Shown piece by piece: positions 41,581 through 52,153 of a stretch of 64,000 nucleotides of DNA. The notes beneath the pieces are model-generated. The model was not told where the DNA came from. It saw only the letters and a program-made list of their open reading frames with translations, and did not search any database. Positions within the stretch are counted from its first letter, which is position 1. Each line of letters begins with the position of its first letter. The position numbers and the translations under genes were made by a program. This stretch comes from Cycas panzhihuaensis (lineage: Eukaryota > Plantae > Cycadophyta), in NCBI GenBank assembly GCA_023213395.1, contig CM041465.1:81413741-81477740 (forward strand), given 5' to 3'.

Positions 41581-42002
41581 TCAAGGACGATCATTAAGAT
41601 GGGGGAGATGGCACTCGAGGATGTGGCAAATGAGACCATCTACCTTAATGCTTAGGTCTCCAAGAATGTGTTGGATGTCTACCAAGGGGAAGCGAGATAA
41701 GAGAGTCCTAGCGGTCGAAGCAAGGGCTCTCAAACATAGGGAATGTACCTAGTAAACCTACGTAAGTTATGAGAGGACAACCTGGGAGTCCCAAAGAAGG
41801 ATGATATGACCATGGTGAAAATGGAGTGCATCGGTAAGGGCCTCGATAATGGCCATGTATTCAGCTTCGTTATTGGTGGCCTTAAGAGAAGGATCCTAGA
41901 ACACATATATTCATATCAAGGGAGGTCACAAAGGATCCATATGGTAGCAGAAGGTTATGGATTACAACGGCTTCCTCCATCAGTGAAGATAAGCAATACC
42001 AT
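41581..42002 (-). pseudogene. Additional archaeal-type RNase HI (aRH) in a separate ORF near the 3' LTR
   Basis: Manual translation gives MVLLIFTDGGSRCNP*PSA…(frameshift)…ATNNEAEYMAIIEAL…LWDSQVVLS*L…QHILGDLSIKVDGL. The catalytic D/E/D/D pattern is recognisable. Confidence 0.88.
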
Positions 42003-43195
42003 ATTGAATAAATGAGGATCTTTGTTAAACGATAAAAGGAAAGTGACAACGAGGTCAATAGGCAGAGAGAAAGGAGGAGTGGTAGCGACAGGGTTATAAA
42101 TCACTCAAAAGGCTATGAATATGGCTCATGAAGGACATGAGAGTCCTCAAAAGAGGCTACCCAAGTGTGAGGAAACTGACTCAATGAAGAACTAAGGAAA
42201 CAATAGCGGAAAGGCCCCTTTGGGGCCCCAAAGGTTTGTAAAAAGGCCAAGATGAGGCCTAGATAAGGGGAGGAACTTCATTTGAGAGCTCCAAAAGCTC
42301 AAATAGGTAATAAAAATGAATTTAGGGTGGAAAAATAAATTAAAGGAGTATAAACATAAGAATATTTTGGAGCAGCATGAAAAACGAGACAAAAGAAGTT
42401 AGTAGGAGACTAAAAGGATCATTATAAATATGCCAAAAAAGGTCGAAAAGGAGGCTGTAAAGGTGAAACATGGGATAGGCCTTAAAGACAAAGGTGATTG
42501 AGCCAAAGAAATGGTATCGAGGGTTATCACGGCAATAGAAAAGGAGAAAGTACCCCTTGGGGCCCTTGTGTATATAAAGGAAGGAGGGTGAAAATGAGAT
42601 TTATTTTCATGGGCTCGCGATTAATTTGGAGCCCTTCCTTCTACGCAGTGAAGCCCTACCCGACTTCAGAGATACACAATGAGAGATCTGACCATTGGAT
42701 CGAGGCGAGGAGACAACCAACACGATCTAGATGACGAGATGGCGATGGCGAGGCTAGATCCATTGAGTGGATCGTCCCCTACCCACTTCATTTTGTCATT
42801 TATATTTGGTAACTTTTTGAGTTCTTTAGAGCTCATTTTTAGCCCCTTAAGGGCAATTTGGGATGCTCTAAAGTCTAAATGAGGCCCAGAGAGGGGAAGG
42901 ACTAGGGCATTTAGTAGCCCTAATCCTAGTGGGCTAGGCCTTGGCCCACTTAGATAAAAATTTAGGGTTTTAGAGGGATCTACCCACCTTTTATAGGGGG
43001 AAACAATGGCCTGATAACAAAGATCGTGGTGCTACAGAGTTTGTTGTTGACCCTCTAAGGGGATGTGAAGATCTCAGCAACTGTTGTGTCAAAATCTGTA
43101 ATACTGTAGAGTTTGATACGGGGCAGAGAGAAAGAGGTAGAGAAAAGAAGAAAAAGAGGTCCCAAAGGATACCTAACTCATCCAAGTGGAGCAAG

Positions 43196-45200
43196 ATGCA
43201 TTCTAAGGATGGTTAGGCATGGCATGAGGAGTATTTAGATTGAGTCTTATATGGTTTTATAGGTAGTTATCATGGTGGACAACTGCGAGAACATCAGAAT
43301 GGCTATGATGACCTTTATCGAGATGATGTCTCATGGAGATAGGTAGATATTGTGCCATTATAGGCTCTTAAAGATCATTAGGACACCCTAGTATATATTA
43401 GACTAGCATATCCTAGTGGATATAATTTTCCACTGGGATCATAGGTGACACGTTTTCCATCTCCCCAAGGTAGGAGACATGACTATAAGACAAGGGGACA
43501 TCCAGAGGAATTTAGGGATGCTAGCAGGAGCTACACCACCATCGTTAGGCACATTGCCTAGCATAGACACCGCACACACAGAGACAACCATATATTTCAT
43601 GGGCTAGGGTAGGTGGTACTGACAAGGGGTGTTGGTACTGACTATGGTGATGTCTAGGATTCCTCAGGTGACGAAACTCATCACACTATGCATTTTGTTT
43701 TAGATCTCCCAGAAACAAAACTATAGGGGCATTCCAAGAGGATGGATAGCCATGGTGAGGAGATGCTAGGCCAGAGAGAGGTTGAATTAGGCTGCCTTGA
43801 TAGCGTTAAACATGGTGGCAGAGTTGGATACGATCTGAGTGGTAGGAATAGGTGGTTTTTCATATTGTACTTTATTACAGTGCTGGTTTCTTGATCATTT
43901 TAGGGTAGTGACACCATCTAGAGGGTCTCATCTAGTCTCAACATGAGCTCCCATGGTGCATAGGTGGCTGACTTAGTTCTAGGGAACCAAGGACCAGGTA
44001 TATATCAGGAGATCAATGGAGGTGACGTTGTTAGACCTTCTCAACCCAGTAGACTATACAATGGACCTATATAGAGGGGTGCATTGGGATAACAATGATG
44101 TGGTAGGGAATTAGGAGGTGACCTAGATGAAGGTGACAATTATAATGGAGGTGATGGGACAGGGCTATCGGGAGTTGCAAGAGGTGAGGTAGGTCCCTCT
44201 AGAGCTACGAGATGAGAGCCAGGTCCCTTAGGAGCTACAGGAAGGGATAGACCACTAGCACGTAAAGAGAGAGAGCAACATGCAAAGCTCTAGTGAGAGT
44301 GGTGATGACGGTAGCATCAGTGGAGGCAGTGGTAGTCACAGTAGATAGAGGAAAGGAGAGAGAAGAGGCCCCAATAGCCTAGGAGGTAGCATATGTGGTA
44401 CTGGAGGTTAAGGAGGATGGTCCAGTAACTGGGGGAGCTCTTGTAGAGGAGGTGGTTATCAAAGTCGAGGAGCTAGTGGTCCCAGGAGGTGAGACACTAC
44501 CCTTACTGGACATCTTTCAACTATTAGCTACTTAGATAGTTTACTCTGATTTATTTTTGATGCTTTGATACTTTGATATATGTATGTTGGACTGACATAT
44601 GATGTGTGTGTGATTTGGTAGGAGTAGGGGAGATGAGGAGGTTGGTCGAGGCAGTAGTTCAAGAGTTATTCCCCTAGATCTATGTGAAGGGGTAGGATAG
44701 TTACAGGGAGAGCTAGATAAACTCCGTACTAAGAGGGACCAAACAGTCACAGAGAGGGATATACTAGGAGGCCAGATCCAGGTGCTAGAGGCCCAAGGAG
44801 GAGGAGCGATGAGCAGAGATGCAGAGAGCCACATCATAATTACCATGCTGGAGGACAGATTCTGGAGAGCAGATAGGGAGAGGGATCATATCCAGGTGTG
44901 ATACGATCAGTTGGTAGAGTAGGTTGCCATCAGGTCATCGTAGAGTAGGACTCACACCCATAAAATGACACCAACCCAGAGGAGGCCTTGGGACAAGGGG
45001 AGTGAGGCACTGACCTCGTAGTGGTGTAGGAGGAGCCTAGGAGGCATATGGTCGTATAACTAGAGGTCTCATAGTCGAGGAGACAATACCACCTATGGGT
45101 AGGGTGTCGATGAGCTAGATACATGGTTAGTTTTGGGCAAGAAAGTATTAGACTTCTAGGGAGTCACCATATGTTGACACATGATTATACTCCTCCCTGC
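43196..45200 (+). pseudogene. Plant mobile domain (PMD) gene with an acidic/coiled-coil C-terminus, antisense to its Tat host, one intron (44489-44621)
   Basis: D*HILVDIIFHWDHR*HVFHLPKVGDMTIRQGDIQRNLGM from 43401, and N*AALIAL…GGFSYCTLLQCWFLDHF at ~43785-43900. Donor gag|gtgaga, ctgac branch point, acceptor ttggtag|. The ends are approximate. Confidence 0.75.
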
Positions 45201-45274
45201 AAGGATTCTAGATTCCTGAGGATGATGTACTATATGTCTTTGTATAATATGATTCATTGTATATATATAGGCGG

Positions 45275-48200
45275 TCTTTCCTGGCTACTGAGAATGGACA
45301 TAGGTGATCTGATTCAGGTAAGTTTAGGTATGCTTCTACCCTCACCCTTGTCAGTTTCAGAAAGGTGGATTAAAGCAGTTTACTTGCATTGCATTCTGAT
45401 TGATTGATTGCATAATTACTATGCATTTGATGCTTGACCATATTGCATCCCAACATATTTTTAGCCTATGATGATCCTGGTATACACAACCCATGGTGAT
45501 CCACAACCCTCTGCCATCGTCTCCATGATGTCCCCAAGTACCTTTTGGCTTTCGCAGCCCATACCACATAACTTGTTGGTGCGACATAGCCCCTAGCACC
45601 TCGCCTAGGACTATTCATCGTGCCATGTACGCCTTTGTCACTTTTTGGGAGTCTTTGGCCATAATTTCCTACTTGTTGTGGTCTTGCTAGGTCTCATAAC
45701 CTCTTTGTTACCTGGATAATACAGCTTTCCCTTTAGGGTCTAGGATCCCCTCTTTTTTGGGAGCTTATGTGCTCCTCCACTCTTGTTTTTATCTTGCTTT
45801 TGCCTACACCATGGTAAGCTTCATGGTACCATAGTAAACTTTGTGGTACGTCTAAGTTTACCATGGGGCAATTGTTCATAATTATTTTTTAAATTGCCTA
45901 CAACTAACCTCATATTTATTACAAAATTGCCACATGGCAATGACTCAACTCCCACCCATAACGAACCCTAATCACTTGGTGAGCTAGGGTTGGGTTTAAA
46001 AACCCAAAATCTACTTCATTTTAGTTCTTCTCATTATTTTTCACTACTCTCTTCTATAAAAATGCCCTGTAACAAACTCAAGCTCTATTACACCTGACTG
46101 ACAACCCATCTACCAGCCCCTTGTAGCTCAGGAAGTGTAGGTTACAGGTCTGTAACAAGGATGGTTGATGAAAGATCATGCTCCAAATGCCTGACCAAGC
46201 TCTAGGTCTCATTTTTCTCAAGGTTTTGTTCTCCATTTGATGCACTATAAGGATTTCCTCTAGCAAACCCAAAAGGACCCTTTTCTTCAACCATTTTTCC
46301 AGGTAGATCTTCTTCAGATTTACCTTTACCAAGTACTCTTAGATCATTCCATTGATTTCCCTTTTGAACAGCATAGGTACTCTTCTACTAGTGCTTCTTA
46401 CAGTGAGTTTCTTTCTTCTTTTCTCTATTGTATTTGGAGGCAAACCCTCCCTCATGTTGGCCTATCTACTTCCTCCCTCATGGTTCTCTTTGGGTTCTTA
46501 AAGGAGGCAGTAGGGAAGAGGGTTATACAGAGAGCAAAAGGAGGCATAGGTAGGGTCCTGCACCCAACATGCCTTCTCCTTAAGGGAATCCCCCCTTTCT
46601 CTCCCCCTCTCTCCTTCTCCATACCTTCCTTGATTTCCTAAAGAACCATTGAGGAGAAGGTCTCTACTGGTGGCAGGGCAGGCAACTCATTGCTACGTTT
46701 GCAACCAGCCATCAAAGATCTCACATGGCTAGGGCTTTAATCCTACTCCATACCCCTTTTGTGTTTTGGATTAACTCTTGCAAAAAACCTACAAAAGTTG
46801 CACTTTACAACTTTTGCAGCATTTGTAACTCCTTTTACTGCTCTTGTCTACTTTCACAAAAACTTGTTTGCACTTGTTATTGGGTTATTTCACTTTCTTT
46901 ACCCTTTGTCTTGGTGCTTTGGGATAGCGCGAAGTGTTTCAGATCTAGAGGGTTAGCCATTGTGAGGCTACCCATTTCTCTCCTTCTCACCCCTTTTCAC
47001 CCACATCACATGTTTAATAATATATGTGAAATAAGGAGCAATATTAACATTGAATAATTTTTTCCTTTCAAAAGAGATACATGCATTTTGCCATATTTCC
47101 TTCCACATACTTGTCCCTGCATACATTGGGTGCCCCTTAGGAAAGTGTGAGCTTTGTTTGTACAGGTTTCCTTGCATTTAGAGCAAGCAGGGATCTTCAT
47201 CCCAGGTACACTCCTCTTTCAGTTAGCAGTTTCTTTTCTGGTACTTTAAAATTGTAAAGTCATTTGAGTGTTTCCATTTCCTTTCTTCATACTTTCCTTT
47301 TACTTCGATTTTGGGGTAAGGTAAGGAAGCCCCCTCCTTTTCGCTGGTATTCTTCCCATTGTGCCACTCACGACAAGGAGAAGAGTAAGGTTTGCAAGAG
47401 TGATGGGGGTAGCACTACCCCGACTGTCATATTTTCTGGGTATGTCTTTGTCCCTAGTCTTCCTACTCTTATCCTTTATTCCCCTTTTCTTGTATGCCCC
47501 TAGACAAAAAGAATAGAAAGGATTATGTTGTTGTGGACTTTATTAGTTATTTCTTGCTTTCCCATTTGAATTCATATAGTTGGGGATTTAGTCAGTCCAC
47601 ACTGGTTGGTGCTTGCCTTCTCTTTTGATGCACATACACCCACTTGTTTACTCCTTTTGTAAGGGCCTTCACCCTTACCAAGGATTAGGCAAGATGGGTA
47701 GGCACTCATCTATACACGCTCATGTCCCCTTATTGCATATCATGAAATAACTTTGCATCTCTTGCTTCAACTTTTTTCCTACTAAGTAATTTTCTTGATT
47801 TCTTTCCTCGCATATGAAAGAATAAAGAGAGTAAGGTTATATCTAGAGAAAGAGAGAAAGAATACATTCTTTTCCTTTTAAAGTCATTTCTTGAATACAC
47901 AAGCATAATACAATCACCTCGCATCTCTCTATCACATAGCAAACGAAAGACAAACATAGGACAACATCCTTTGTCAACCCTTCATACTTATAATCTCCTT
48001 AGGTATAGTGCCTTGGGAGTACCTCCTCCCAAGGTTGTTTCTCTTTCTTTCTTTGTTCCTTAAGCTAGACCTCTTAGGTTTTTTCCTTTGGTTGACACTT
48101 AGTTTACATAACCAATCGCTCTTTTGTCTAACTCGCATTGTAAGATGTCTTAGGCTTACATGTGGATTTCTCTCCTTTCTTGTTGAGGTTCATTTCTTCC

Positions 48201-48520
48201 ATTACCTCTTCACGTGAGGAGGTATTCTCTTGCTTCCTCCCTCCCTCTTTCATCCATTTAGGATAGGAGGGCCCCTTTTCGAGGATACTCAAGGAACCAA
48301 GGAGATCTCTCTTCCACCCATTACTCCAAATTGAGGAGGAGTTACCCTAAAGGAGTTTGTATGTCATTTGCGGGTCCTCGAACCTGTGTTCTAATGCAAA
48401 GATGCTATTTATCGGTGATCTCTTTCCCTAGTTATTATAGGTCCATAGCCACCAAAACTGTTAGCCATTTTAGCTTGATCTCATCCATGTTTAGTGACCC
48501 CCCCTCGAGGTGTGATTCCA
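45275..48520 (+). repeat. 3.2-kb 5' LTR of the plus-strand Tat element
   Basis: Starts tctttcctggctac (TG mutated to TC), ends gtgattcca, and is followed by the PBS. The left flank ggcgg is the predicted TSD. Confidence 0.85.
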
Positions 48521-49899
48521 TTGGTGACCATATTGGGGACCTACCAATAAGGGATTAATCCTTTCTTCTTTTTATGTTGGTGCTACCTCCTTTTCGGTAG
48601 CTCTCCTCGATCTGTTGGGTAGATCCTAATGCCTATCACCTTACCATCTTCTTTTTCTTCCAATCTTTAGGAGGAACTTGAATATGATGATTCTCTTATC
48701 GCTTACGAGGCCTCCCCCCTTCATTGGAAGGCTCCCCTTACTATCCCCTTCCTTTGTTAGATTCTAATTCGACCATTGAAGGATTCCCTTCAGATTGGGC
48801 ATATCATGAGTCATCCACTTCTTTCCAAGGGCCCACCTAAGAGTGTGAGGACCCTATCTTTTACCTAGGTGACTAAGAACACCTACAAGTCCATCACCTC
48901 TCCACTCATGAGGTGGAGGCATGTTCTCCCTTGGAGTATCACCACCTTGGTGGTGATCCTCATGAGGATCACCCCGTGGGGTCCACCTCATATGAGGATC
49001 CTTCCACCTCATATGATCAGGTAGATACCCCTCCCATAGATGTTGTAGAAGCCCTTAACTAGTGCTTCTAAGTTGCTAGCCTCCAATCACATCCTAAGTG
49101 GTTGGATAATATCTTGTGAAGCATAGTGCTTCCTTCTTCCACATCCATACTACCTCATCCATCTCGTTCACTCCCTTACCTATAACAAGGACATCCCTCA
49201 TTTCATCTTCTTCTCCTTGTGGTCCATATTCCTTAGGGACCACCCAAGGCATATTCTCTTCCCAACTCAAGTTTAGTATACCTCCCTCTAGCTAAACAAC
49301 TACGTCCCAATCGACTATAGTTTATCCTCCTCCTATTAGATCTAAGGGACCCGTACATGCCCCTATCTCTAGATGTATAGGGCCAATCCCCTCACATACC
49401 TAAGCTCAACCTAGGGATCCTTCCCTTTGCGTGCCCCCAAGGTATACTTCCCAATGGTGGGGGCATGGTAAAGGAAATCCTTTTCCTATTTATGGAGAAG
49501 ATCTTTTGCATCCATATGATGTTGCACCACCTACAAGTGGCCCATATGGGCAAAATCTAATTTTGCACCCTTCCATTCCATCCTCTTATTTTTTCTCTCA
49601 TGTTGCACCTTTATAAGGAAGTCAAGCCCCCTTCTAAGGCACCATCTCTCAAGCTCCTTTCTAACAAGGGGTGTATCCTCAAGGGGGGATGGGTCTGTCA
49701 TACCCATCTGCCTCTTTACAAATCCCTTTGAATGCGAGATTATCTCCTTCCCCCCAAATAGGAGGGAATCCATATCTCCCTTCGAACCAAGTCTCCTAAG
49801 GAGGATTCAAGTAACTTTGCCTACCTCTTCCTTCATCTTTCACCGATCTTATGATCCAACTAAGGGCGTGCCCCTTTTTGGATTATAGATCAACCCCTC

Positions 49900-51773
49900 T
49901 ATCCATTAAGGTGCTAAGAATTAACTTATCGCCTTACTCTCCTGAGGTTCCCAAATTCCATGGGACCTATTCGCAAGACCCAATGAAGCACACTAGGAGT
50001 TTTCCCATGGCGTGCATCGATTATTGTATGTATGACCATATCCTAATAAAACTCTTTCCACGGTCTCTCTAAGGCGATGCCCTTAAATGGTTCTATTATC
50101 TTCCCACATACTCTATTTACTTGTTCCAACAACTTGTTGATGAATTCGTCAATTATTTTGACATAGCTTGTCCTTTCGAAAGTGGAATAAAGGTTGTTGT
50201 CTCTTAAACAAGGTCACGATGAAACGAATCGTGACTTTATGAGACACTTCCATGATCTTCTCCACTCCACAAAGGCAACCTTGCCTGATGAGTTAAAGAG
50301 AGACCTCTTTATTAATGCCCTTGGCCCTGAAGTCCACATTGGCATCCTTAAGATGACGGTGACTACATACGACTCTTCTAAAGCCAAGTGTTTGGCTCTT
50401 GAGGCCATTAAGATCTAGGTGGGTCTCAAGAAGCCTCTTAGGTCCTCATAACGACATGAGGCATCTCCTCTATCTCGTGATAGAAAAAACCAATAGCCTC
50501 CTAGGTCTCTATCTCATCTAACAAAGAAGACCTTGGACCCCTTAACTTTCGCTATACGTTCTTTTGAATGTACCATGAAGGATCTTAAACTCTAAGTCCC
50601 TTCATCACCTACTTCTCACAAACCAGTCCACTAAGCTTCTCGACCCACACCCCTAAGGGTAGTAATACCTAGTCTTCTTAAACGAGAAAGCAAGATTCCT
50701 CCTTAGGGAAGAACTGGTGTTCCATCTATAGGGAATGCTTTCACGAAGCTGCCCTACAACGTGACTCTTCCTCTAAATGGGCATCTAGGCCCAAACTGGA
50801 CCAACCCGTCCACAAGGATCTTTTACCCAAATACGAGGAACGAGATCGCAACACTCAATAAAAATATAATTAAAACATAGGAAGATCCCCAAACCCTTAC
50901 CCCACATAAACTAAAGGGAAGGGTATAAGGAACTCTTATTTTTCTTCTGGTTCTCCTAACCACCGAACTCCTTCCCCTTTTTAATCTCAAAATAAGGGAA
51001 AGGAAGTCATTTAAATGCTTGAGACCACATTGTTATATGCCTTAACTTGGTCCCAAGCAACTAAAGAGGCAACTAGTACCTCTTCTTCCACTCCTCATCT
51101 TGATCCTCCTTTGGAAGTCCCTTCTCCAGAAATCCTTATGCTTCCCAAGACCATTATCGTGCACCCTGGTCATTACGATTTCCAAAGGGCACTTCCCCAA
51201 GCTACTGCAAAGGGGAAGCCCTTCTCCATCGTCGACAAGCTTCACACCATAGCCACGGGGATGTCCATGATGGACATCTTGAGAAGCTGTCTTGAGTAAC
51301 ACGCTTCTCTCTTAGAGACTTTGGGTTTAGCCAATGCCTTGGGTGTTGCCCCAAGCTACAAACCCATCATCTCTTTCAATCATAAGGATCTCCCCCTAGC
51401 CTATGAAAGGGAACGCCAATGACACTACCCCTTTACCATAACCATAGATACACTCGAATGCACCCTTTGAAGTACCGTTGTAGATAATGGTTCTTATGTC
51501 AATGCCATACCCTTGCACACCATGCAAGAGCTTGGTATATCGGCCCTCGAGCCAGTCCCATGGTGGTATCAAGGCTATGATGGTAGCGAAAAGACACCGT
51601 TGGGGTCAATTTCTATTCCTTTTACTCCCAGGGATAAAACTATCATTACCAACATTGTAGTCCTTGATGTAGACGTGGACTACAACCTCTTATTGGGATG
51701 CCCATGGCTTGACCAAATGAGAGTCGTGTCCTCATCTGAATGGAGGCAACTTAAGTTCGTCCATGAGGGATGA
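49900..51773 (+). pseudogene. Gypsy gag and aspartic protease (degenerate)
   Basis: PKFHG…DPMKH…LFPRSL, LSLKQGHDETNRDFMRHF, VDNGSYVN and YNLLLGCPWL…VSSSEWRQLKF. Confidence 0.88.
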
Positions 51774-52153
51774 ATGAGAGCTATCCCCTAGGAGCCTCCT
51801 CCCATAAAACAACCCCATCATCTTTTTCAAGCGGTTTGCAACTAGGTGAAGGGTAATAAGGGCCCTTCCACCCATGCCTCCACTTGTTCTATCAACATTC
51901 CTGGTTTGCCTTATCTAGAAGAAGGCCCTTCTCCTTCTTCCCTAAACGTTATCGGTTTCACCCCTATTGGTGTAGGGAGTTATGGGTGCTTCACTGTGCT
52001 TAGCAACAATGAGTCTGATGGTGAAGATGAGGACCTCCCTCATCCCATATCCCTCCTAAACATGAGTAGGCGTCACTCTCTCTGCTTCAGGTCCTAAGCT
52101 AGAACCTCTTCCATTAAGGATTCTAGTCCTCCTCTTGATTCACACATCATTGA

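Larger units (their letters stand above)
37982..45274 (-). mobile_element. 3' part of a Ty3/gypsy Tat-type element (TatII-like): 3' LTR, PPT, aRH ORF and antisense PMD gene
   Basis: The LTR at 37982-41088 is homologous along its length to 45275-48520 in inverted orientation. PPT aagggggcaa at 41089-41098. Extra ORFs are listed separately. Confidence 0.85.
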
